From assembly GCF_037042905.1 (NCBI RefSeq), contig NC_087249.1, forward strand, positions 8,558,001-8,622,000: a stretch of DNA of 64,000 nt, read 5' to 3'. The position numbers and the translations under genes are program-made. Shown here one piece after another: positions 1-64,000 of this stretch (positions within the stretch are counted from its first letter, which is position 1; each line of letters starts with the position of its first letter). Origin of the DNA: Lytechinus pictus (Eukaryota). Under the pieces are notes generated by a model that was not told where the DNA came from, did no database searches, and worked only from the letters and a program-made list of their open reading frames with translations.

Positions 1-7
1 CCCTTAA

Positions 8-610
8 AGGTCAAGTACACCACAGGAAAATGTTGATTTGAAAAAAAGGAGAAAAATCCAACAAGCAAAACACTGAAAATTTCATCAAAATCGGATGTAA
101 AATAATAAGTTATGACATTTTAAAGTTTCGCTTAATTTCACAAAACAGTTATATGCACATCCTGGTCGGTATGTAAATTGGCAGACTGATGACGTCACCC
201 ACTCACTATTTCTTTTGTATTTTATAATATGAAATATGAAATATTCTAATTTTCTCCTCCTTGTCAAGTAAAACAAAGTTTTATTTCTCCCTGAACATGT
301 GGAATTACCATTATTTTAATAGTTTATGGTTAAGTTAAGTTGGTCCTTATTGTCAAATCTGTAAAAATTTAAATATTGTTTTATTCAAACAATAAAAAAC
401 AAAAGAAATAGTGAGTGATGGACATCATCGACTCTCTCATTTGCATATCGCTGAGTTGTGCATTTAACTGTCTTGTGAAAAATAAGCGAAACTTAAAAAT
501 GTCATAACTTTCTTATTTTACATCCGATTTTGATGAAATTTGCAGCGTTATGTTTGTTTGATTTTTCTCTATCGATTCAAATCAACAATTTTCTAAGGTG
601 GACTTGACCT
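8..610. mobile_element. Kolobok-like MITE, family A
   Basis: TTAA at 4-7 and 611-614; ends AGGTCAAGT(A/C)CAC; long inverted arms; second copy at 34578-35168. Confidence 0.8.
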
Positions 611-624
611 TTAAATAGTTAATA

Positions 625-733
625 CCAAACAGGGTAGCAGCAACTCCCATCTTTAATCGTCTTTTAGTCTGACGCTGCATGGTTTGAACCTCCCAGTTGT
701 GAGACGGGAGCTACCAACTGAGCCAACACATAC
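625..733 (-). mobile_element. Degenerate tRNA-derived SINE head
   Basis: Minus strand TGGCTCAGTTGGTAG (A box) and GGTTCAAACC (B box) followed by non-tRNA sequence. Confidence 0.5.
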
Positions 734-972
734 CAAATCCTATCTCTCCCAAAAAAAATTTACATTGAATTTCTGCTTATAAAAACTTTTTTTTTTTTTA
801 ACAAAAACCTGAATTCTTCTACTTTCGTGTCCATCATCTACAAGTGCAAGTCAGATATTTGGCGGAAACCATAAGGTCAAAAGAACCCACCGACTACCGA
901 ATTGTCTAATTACCATAGGCTTTCACCAGGGACCACTAGATGTCAGTATACAACTGGTCAATAAAGTCATAC

Positions 973-55131
<54,159 letters not shown>

Positions 55132-55134
<3 letters not shown>

Positions 55135-55273
55135 GTTGGTCCCTTTGGCTTCCTGGTGATGATGAAAGTATTCCTGTAATAATTAAATCCCAAGTTTGTA
55201 ATCAACTCATCACTGTCATTCTGTGAGTGATGACCTGCCGTTCCTGTCTGTCCCTCGGTATTCACTTTTCAAC
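55132..55273 (-). CDS. MYO1E: Myosin I start exon: 5'UTR plus the ATG only
   Basis: Minus strand reads ACCAAC ATG|gtaag (ATG 55134-55132). Phase 0 joins GCC TAT CAC TGG of the next exon. An acceptor ttttcttttacgtttag precedes 55273; the 5' boundary is uncertain. Confidence 0.65.
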
Positions 55274-55399
55274 CTAAACGTAAAAGAAAACAAAGGTACG
55301 AATGAAGGTACATTGTTTGAAATTTCATATTTTTGGTGACAAATATCTAATGGTAGATTTTCTTGCGAAAAATCTGCACTGAATCACAGTCAATAAAAA

Positions 55400-56038
55400 A
55401 AACAAGGTGGTTCATGAATCACGAGTCTCGCCTGGTTTCACGATCAATAAAAAATGCAATATAATCTTTTGACCCATAAATGGCGTTTGACCTAATAATC
55501 CTCATGAATGCATGTGTTGTATTACCCAATGATTATTGTATTTGATACATAATAAAGAAATGAGAGGAAGTTGAAGGAGCTTGACCTTTTGACCCCTAGA
55601 TGACCTTTTACCCCATCATTATCCACAAACACATATAAGTGGTAATACCCAAGGATCATTTGAACCAAGTGTGATCAAAATTTATGCAGAAATAAAGAAA
55701 TGGGAGCAAGTTGAATAAAGACTTCAAAAAAAGGATGGATATGACCTCACATCATACCATTTGACCCCTAGATGAACTTTGACCCATCAATCTCATGAGG
55801 TCACATGTAGAATTACCCAAGGGTCATGTGTACCCAGAACAAACATAATTGATGCAGAAATAAAGAAATGAGAGTAAATTGAACAAAAACTTTAACATTA
55901 ACTTCAGGAAAAGTGATCACTAATTAATCCTCAATGCCGAATTTCACACTTTCTGCCGGATTCAAGCATCTTGGCCATTTTTTTCACTTAGCTCCTTTAC
56001 TACTTGGTATCTGCCGAACTTCATTCAGGCGAGACAAA
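55400..56038 (-). mobile_element. Diverged HINE-like repeat
   Basis: Sub-TIR GTCTCGCCTG / CAGGCGAGAC; internal TTTGACCCC units. Confidence 0.5.
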
Positions 56039-57222
56039 CACTACAGCAGAACAAGAGGGTGGGTGCTTCATAAATCATAACCACTGTTTGTAGCTCTCGC
56101 CTCGTCAGACCCCTAAAACGAGGATTCACGGGCAGGCCGCTGCATGGGACACTCTACACACAGGTTTTGTACAGATGTCCCAGAGTTGCAAATTACACTC
56201 AAGTTTTAGGCCATCATGAAATAGAAGGCTTCTTTCCCATTTTTGTTTTCTGGTCACTTTATTCAAGTTCCTCGCATTTTGCGCCTGCCCCCTAGCCGCC
56301 ACGCAAGAAAAAAATTCCATGTTTTTTCCCCATGGACACTGTCCAATGTCCAATGGCAGACGTACATGTATCGCTCTCGTTTAACATGACAGCAGAGACA
56401 TTGCTGCAATCCCCGCCTAGTTAGGCAAGATCTGAGATGAAGTCCTACAAAATTCTACAAATTAATTCAAGCAACAAAAACTAATGAAAAATAATAAAAA
56501 AGAACATTATCACTGGGCATATTTCATGAGGGATGAAGATGATATGCCTTAAACATCAATTGAATTGTAAATTATCATAGCTGTTAAAAATCAAGAAAAC
56601 TCAAAAAAAAAATTATATGTCTATAGAAGGAATAATATTGCCAGTTTGCCACAAGATTGCAATATTTACATGCCACTTAACATTAGTCACTTAGAACAAT
56701 ATTTGTAGAACTGTTCCAATGCCTTCCTGTCTGTTAAAAACTAAATTCTGTCATTCTCATTAGATTTGTACAAGGACTACTGGTTTCAGTAGATCTATAC
56801 TGGATTTACCTTGAAGAGCAATCCTACATATACAGTTTCCTTTTCAAAGAAACCCAAGTAATGTGGTTATCAAAAGGACAATTCTCTCCAAAAAAAAGCA
56901 AAACTATTGTGAAGCTAACTCTAGTTTGCTAGCAAAAACTTCATGAACAATATGTATTCAGAACCAAAACAAATCCGCAGTGGAATTTCACAAGGTTTTA
57001 CCAACAAGTTTATATTTTAATTTAATATGAGATTGCCAAATTTATTTGAAAATTGCATTTTAAGAATAAGTCTTGTGTATTAACCGAAGCCTATTCTCCC
57101 CAGGTAATCATTTACAATGGGCTTGGTGTTTCCTACAAAAGTAACTCTTCAACTATTTATTTAATTAACAACCTAATCTTCAAAGTTCTATATAAACAAT
57201 GATTTGGGAGAGTTAAGCATAC

Positions 57223-57425
57223 CTTCTATTTAATATTGTCACTGGAGCAGGAATTCTGTGTCAACAACAGAGAAAATATGCAAATATCCAGACTAGTCCA
57301 TTAATATTAATCAAATCACCTCAAAATATATGGTACACTTTCACAAGCACTATAGCAGCTCCTCTGCACTTCAAATATACACGCGAAAGATCTACTTCCT
57401 GCTTGTAAACTTTACTTCCACTGAG
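57223..57425 (-). promoter_or_regulatory. Candidate non-coding first exon or promoter of the myosin gene
   Basis: Donor GAAG|gtatgc at 57223/57222; two ETS-like ACTTCC sites near 57395-57420. Weak evidence. Confidence 0.25.
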
Positions 57426-57940
57426 CGAGCTCTCCTTGATTGTGGGCAAAGTATAGGCGACTACTGGCCCATGATAACATAATATCCTGCAGTATAGCCC
57501 CTGATTTAGAGATTAGTTTATAGACTCCGGCTCGTTCAGAGTGTATGGCTCAATGAACCTTAGCTCACTACCTATAAGTGTACTGCTCCATGTAGGTCCA
57601 TTCTGGCCAGCCGAGAGTGAGTGCTTGACTTTGAAATCACAGCTCAGATAGATATATTTGAAGATTCTTCCTGGTTGGTTTGTGTATTAAGATACTGATG
57701 TCTTTGCAGACAGTGAATACTCTAAAGGGCATGAATAACCAGGATATGCTACAAATAAAAAACGGAGAAGCCGTAATATGAACTTCACAACCACTTGCTG
57801 GTGAAGGGTTGCCTCAATCTAGTGTGTAAACATGGAATGAAAATGAGAGAGTTCCATAGGGTTCATAGTCCAACATGTCCAAATTATCCAGGGGTAATTT
57901 TCAGTATGATGAATCAGGGGTAATAGTGTGCAGAGCTTAA

Positions 57941-58533
57941 AGGGATGATCCGGGCTGAAAATATTTATATTTCAATAAATAGAGTAAAAATCAGGGAGCA
58001 AAATGCTGAAAATTTCATCAAAATCGGATAACAAATAAACAAAGTTATTGAATTTTAAAGTTTATCAATATTTTGTGAAAACAGAACTTTATATTCACGT
58101 TGTAATGAATATTCATTAGGTGGGCTGATGATGTCAAATCCCCACTTTCCTTTTTCTTATGTTATTACATGAAATCATAAATGTTTCATTTTTTCATACA
58201 TGTGTAAATGATGTTTTCATTACGATGAAAAAAGTTGCGGCAATAAATAACTAATGCACTTTCAGTTGTCAATCCAATTGTTTTAGTTCTTGGTAGAAAA
58301 TTTTTGAATTTATAAACCTTATTTCCTATAACAAAATACAAAAGAACAAGTGGGGATATGACATCATCAGCCCACCTAATGAATATTCATAAAGACATGC
58401 CTAGAACTGTTTCATCGGAATAATGCAAATCTTTAAAATTCAATAACTTTGTTATTTGTTATCCGATTTTGATCAAATTTTCAGCATTTTGCTTTGTGAA
58501 TTTTATTCTATTTCTCCAGCCTGGACCATCCCT
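57941..58533. mobile_element. Kolobok-like MITE, family C
   Basis: TTAA|AGGGATGATCC...GGACCATCCCT|TTAA. Confidence 0.85.
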
Positions 58534-59911
58534 TTAAAAATATTGCGTAAAGCGCTGAAATGTAGCATATTATTAGAAATTTACCTTTTTAGATGCATAT
58601 TTAATTTCAGGCATTAATGTTTATCTTCTCAGTTTCATAGATGGTACAGAAAAAATATCTGTTCTGAATGTACCATCATTCACAAAATTCACCAGCAACA
58701 CATTTTGTCTGTTTTTTTTTTTGGGGGGGGGGGTTATTAAACACAGCATTGCTTCAAAATTTGCGACTAGTTCCAAAATGGAAAAGACTTGTCAAAAGTT
58801 TGTAATACCTTCTTCATACCCTTTGTAAGTCATAGCCTTATTCTTAAAAGGTTATTTATGTATCACTTCACCAGGACACTTTTGTTATGGACATGACAGT
58901 TGAGTATATAGTTGTGTGGGAGTTCCCATTTATGACTCATAACGTACAGCTTATAATGATCAGAGTCAACTGACTTCTCTATAAAGCGTACTGGGTGGGG
59001 GCCATCTCTATTATGGTTTACATTCTACAGATTAAAGAAAGTTTTTTTTTCTTTTTCTTTTTTAGTTTCTTCTCCCTTACAGTTACTTTTCCATACACTG
59101 TACGTTGTTCTGTTCTTAAAAAAAAAAATCTGATTTCACTCATAGGGGAAGTTTGCTGTAAAATACAGTGTACAAGAAAAAAAATATATTGGTGAAGCAC
59201 TGAAGGTTTGAAGAAAATCCATTAAAGATGAAATTGTTTTAATTTCAAGCTTTTGATTTGAGATGTTATATACAAGCAGCTGCCCCATATAATAATAGAA
59301 AATTAATTTAAATTTGTAATGCTTCATAATGACTTTAAATTTCTTCATTCAGGAGGTCCAAAATATTTTTTTCTGTTGATACATCACTTGTATTTATAAA
59401 TACTGAGTCAATAAAACCCATTTTCATTATTTTTCTGAGAAAATAATTTCATTCATTTTTTTTATATCACGATACATAAGAAAAAGAATCTCACAAATGA
59501 CATCACGATTACAAAAAATTTAAATTCTAATAACTTTTTAAAACTATGATGGATTTTCCATAAACCTTCACCAATATTTTCTATTATTTTTTCTGCTAAT
59601 TTTACAATAAATTTTTGTCAGGGTGAAAAAATTGACAATTTATCAAAAATTAATGTGACTGAATAGCTGTACATGTTTTAAAGTAAATTAATGACAATGA
59701 GTTTCATATTAATCATTAACTTTGGTTCTAGATCTACTTTCATGATGCCACACATGTACATGTACGAAATTATCACTGTTGCCAATTTGAGGATCAAATA
59801 TTTTGTTAAAGCTTTGTAGTCTTTGACTGCCTCTTTAAATGACAGAGGAGCGCATTACGTGTCATTCCCCTTCCCCCTGCTGCTCAGCTGCTGAAGTCTT
59901 GTGTTATAAAT

Positions 59912-60342
59912 AGGTGGTTTCAAACCGCCTCGATCATAAGAATCCCTGTTAAATTACGAGAACTTTTTAAGGCTAAAAAATACCCATTAATTATTCCTGC
60001 ATTCACACCGCCCCGAAACATACGGATACCCTTCGGGATAAATTCCTGAAGTTAGGAGCATGCGCAGTATGGTCTGATAAGCAGGCAAGGCGCGAGATTC
60101 AAAACCACTAGCTCAGCAGCCACCCACGGCGCCCGCGCCCAACTACACGCTGGGCTAAAATCCCCGCGAAAGTTCTCGTAATTTTGCCAAGTACCTACTA
60201 TTTAGTGGGTATTTTCTTTCGGGGATATTACGCGTAATTTGCTTTCACATTGCCAATATTACCTGGTATTTTCTGATCGGGTAAATTTCCCGATCAGAAA
60301 ATACCTGGAACTGACGAACTTCGAGGCGGTCTGAAACCACGT
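59912..60342. mobile_element. Harbinger-type MITE
   Basis: GTGGTTTCA.ACCGCCTCGA TIR; AAT on both flanks. Confidence 0.7.
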
Positions 60343-60949
60343 AATAACAACCTACTAGTACTTATAAGTCACTGAATGCCAGATATGCCTCTCTGATGTG
60401 AGCCATCAAAATGGCATTAGTTCTTGAACAGACACAAGATCTGAAAATAAAATACTCATTTATAAAATGTTTTACCATAAAGCGCTTTATCCAAAAGTTT
60501 CAAAGTGCTAAAAAGAAAATTAAAGAAACAAGAATATAGGCCTACAAGATACATGTATCTTGGGAAAACAAGAAAGTTAAAACATCCTTACAACAATTAA
60601 TTAGACATACAAATATATCTGGAAATGAATAATACAATTTATAGATAATTTGGGGGTTTAAAATTCCATCCCCTGAAAATTTGTTCATATAGCCATAGGC
60701 AAAATATTAGCAAATATATACACTAATGGAAAAAACAGTGTTCCGCAGTGCATGCGACAGTGTGTTCGCACTGTGAACACACTGTTGCATGCACTGCGGA
60801 ACACTGTTCACTGTGGGGAACACAATGTGAAATCACCTTCACACTGCTAAATTGAGCATTTCAACAGTGTGAATCGCATACAATAGTCTTGAGACCATGT
60901 GAACACACTGTGAACAGTCACACTGTCGAGGTGCCCACAGTGTGGAAAT

Positions 60950-61385
60950 ATCTTCAAACATCTCCAACAAATCCGACCCTACTCTCGTCTTTGCTCCTTC
61001 ATACAGGGGCCGCGGAAGCGGGGGGCTTGGGGGGGTTTCAGCCCCCCCACACTTTTTTCCAAAACCATGTACAAAAACGTGAAAATGACCATAGGATTGT
61101 GATTTTTTGCATGGTCAGCCCCCCCCCCCCACCTCGAAAACCGTTCCGCGGCCTCTGTCATACAAACTCATCACCGCCCTAACCATTGCCTTGGATATAC
61201 CTCTCTTTCTCATCGCCCACTCCATTACTCTCCTTTGAACTTTATTGAATGGCTTCTCAAAATCCACAAAACACATATACATATATATATGCAGTTTATT
61301 CCCTTTCGCTCGATATTCCTCTTGCAACCTCCTCAAAATGAATACAGCATCTATTGTTCCTTTCCCTGGCATAAAACCACATAGC
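60950..61385 (-). mobile_element. LINE reverse transcriptase fragment (RTE-like), interrupted by a MITE
   Basis: GFMPGKGTIDAVFILRRLQEEY...CFVDFEKPFNKV.R...WAMRKRG...VMSLY[insert]EGAKTRV. Confidence 0.85.
61004..61157. mobile_element. GC-rich MITE with CAG ends and 5-bp TSD
   Basis: CAGGGGCCGCGGAA...TTCCGCGGCCTCTG; TCATA TSD at 60999-61003 and 61158-61162. Confidence 0.85.
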
Positions 61386-61624
61386 GTCTTGCATCCAATT
61401 CCATCATTCTCCAAATTCTATATCAAGTACATTGTACCTTCCCCCCATTGATTTTGTATCACTTTATTAGTTTATTTCAATATTCAAGAAAGGATTACAG
61501 TACTTAAAAATATAACATTTCCATAGTAGGTAATTTACAACACAGTGAACAGAAGAAGTTCAGTAGTCCAGGACTCAAGGTCCAGGCACATTACTGCTGA
61601 GGCATGACATACAGTAGAACTATA

Positions 61625-61870
61625 CAGTGCGTATTAAAAAAAACGGGACAGATTTGAAAAGTCTATAAAAAAAAAATTTTCAAATCATGATGTCTATATT
61701 TTGGCGTTAATAGGTGCTCTGAAGTCTTATCTTTCAAATGCCATAAAAAAATTAGTTTTGTTCATGCTTGAGCGAACACAGAATGTTTTTGTCTGAGTTT
61801 AAAAAGGAGGCTTGCGCGAAAATGGCATAAAATGAAAAATATGATGATCGGACTTCTTGCTATTCAACAG
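61625..61870. mobile_element. Left end of a Tc1/mariner-like element; matching end not seen
   Basis: TA|CAGTGCGTATTAAAAAAAA, similar to the terminus at 51986. Confidence 0.5.
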
Positions 61871-62679
61871 AATTCCTCTCAACCTTTTCATTATCTTTCC
61901 ATAATTTTTTAATTATGCAGTTAAAATTCATTTTCAAATCTATGTATTTGCTTGAATTGTTTCTTTTTAATATGTTCTCTTTTAGCTTTGAATATTCCTT
62001 CGGAGTATGGGAGAGAATGATTTTTTTTTCAAATCCTTTCATTGTGTGCTACAAAGGTTATGGTGCCTTTAAACAGTGCCATACAGATGGATGGGGGCTC
62101 GGGGATGCCCCCCCCCCCCCCCCCACACAAATATCAAAAAATCATGACCAAGAAAAAAAGTGGAAAGGAAATAAAATTAAAGATAGAAAGTGAAATATGA
62201 TATTATTTTCTGAATATTATGTCAAAATCTATCACAAAATTGGATAGTGTAATAAAAAAGTTGAAAATTTTGCTTGCTCGCCTCACTCGCTCACAACTTT
62301 TTAATACATTTTACCCAATCTGCCATATCTAGCTCCTTCGAAATTGACTCAAACACAATTGCCATTGAAAGATATAAATCATTTCCTGCTTATCCTGTCA
62401 AGCACATAATTAAACTTGGTCAAGGAATCAATAACCCCTTGAAAAATGGATTCATGTCTTTTAAAGGTACCATAACATAATTTGTTTCACATAATAAAGG
62501 ATTTAAATAATTACAAGTTTTCGCAATTAATAATGCAAATCTTCTTGCATGGGTTGACAAAAAAGTATTTTTTTTTCTTACTTATGAAGGAAAATTCAAT
62601 GGTAAGAGGTTTAAATGAAAAAACAAAATAATTCAAGTAAATAAATAAATTTGTAAATAAAATTTGACAGCATAATTGA

Positions 62680-64000
62680 GCAAGTGGAATGCCTCTGGCA
62701 GTCTCACCTGCATCACGCGATTCAATATAGCAGCAGTGCTCAGTTTGAAAATAATATAAAATAATTATTCACAAAAAACACCATTCATATTATGATACAA
62801 TACTACGTTCATTTGAAATCTAAAACTTGTCAGTGATACTTGATTACCCCTATACATGTACATGTATATCCACATTTTATACACTATATCTATAAACTTT
62901 GAGAGTTGTGACAGCAATCTAATAGTTACCTCTAAAATGGCCAAAGTTCAATGACCTTAAATGACCTTTGACTTTAGTCATGTGACCTGAAACTCGCATG
63001 AGATGTTCAGTGATACTTGATGACTCTTATGTCCAAGTTTTATGAACTAGACCGATATACTTACAGAGTTATGATGGTAATTCAACAAATATCCCCAACA
63101 TGGCCAAAGTCCATTGACCTATGACCTTGGTCATGTGACCTGAAACTCGCACAAGATGTTCAGTGATACTTGGCTACTCTTATGTCCACGTTTTATGAAC
63201 TAGGCCAATACACTTACAGAGATATGATGGTAATTCAACAAATACCCCCAACATTGAGAAAGTTCATTGACCTTAAATGACCTTTGACCTTGGTCATGTG
63301 ACCTGAAACTCGGACGGGATATTCAAAGATACTTGATTACTCTTATGTCCAAGTTTTATGAACTAGACCAATAAACTTTCAAAGTTATGATGGTAATTCA
63401 ACAAATGCCCCCAATTTGGCCAAAGTTCATTGACCCTAAATGACCTTTGACCTTAATTATGTGACCTGAAACTTGCACAGGATGTTCAGTGATACTTGAT
63501 TACTCTTATATCCAAGTTTCATGAATCAGATCCATAGACTTTCAAAGTTATGATGGTAATTCAACAGTTACCCCAATTTGGCCAAAGTTCATTGACCCTA
63601 AATGACCTTTGACCTTGGTCATGTGATGTAAAACTCAAGCAGGATGTTCTGTGATACTTGTTTAAACCTTATGTCCAAGTTTCATGAACTAGGTCCATAT
63701 ATTTTATAAGTTATGATGACATTTCAAAAGCTTAACCTTAGGTTAAGATTTCGATGTTGATTCCCCCAACATGGTCTAAGTTCATTGACCCTAAATGACC
63801 TTTGACCTTGGTCATGTGACCTGAAACTCAGGCAGGATGTTCAGTAATACTTGATTAACTTTATGGCCAAGTTTCATGAACTAGGTCCATATACTTTCTA
63901 AGTTATGCTGTCATTTCAAAAACTTAACCTTTGGTTAAGATTTGGTGTTGACGCCGCCGTCGCCGTCGGAAAAGCGGCGCCAATAGTCTCACTCTGCTAT
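62680..64000 (-). mobile_element. HINE-like repeat with an internal tandem array (about 160-bp unit), running to the window end
   Basis: Same ends as 9096-9530; about 6 units containing TGACCTTTGACC..GGTCATGTGACCTGAAACTC. Confidence 0.75.

Noticed and set aside
61115..61414. Functional reverse transcriptase gene
   Set aside because: Only a short fragment, with a TA-repeat insertion and a MITE insertion.

Overview
AT-rich animal genomic DNA; the repeat families suggest a sea urchin or other echinoderm (inference). The backbone is a long-tailed class I myosin gene (MYO1E/1F-like) on the minus strand. I reconstructed 11 coding exons (447 codons, from the ATG at 55134 down to 973), and the gene continues past the left edge. 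Its second coding intron (41420-49228) is a U12-type minor intron. The intron at 3551-19388 holds an apparently complete 14.4-kb PIF/Harbinger transposon (3898-18312) with TIRs, subterminal repeats and two convergent spliced genes, both with open frames. One is a 345-aa HARBI1-like DDE transposase (+, 4 exons). The other is a 284-aa Myb/SANT-like partner with a polyQ tract and coiled coil (-, 5 exons), which the ORF track mostly misses. A short derivative of this element lies at 38251-38408. The other introns are dense with non-autonomous DNA transposons (Kolobok-, Harbinger-, hAT-, Tc1- and Merlin-like, plus Helentron-like repeats), tRNA-derived SINEs, a LINE fragment, and decayed local duplicates of two myosin exons. 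All splice models come from sequence alone, and family assignments come from my own recognition, not database searches.
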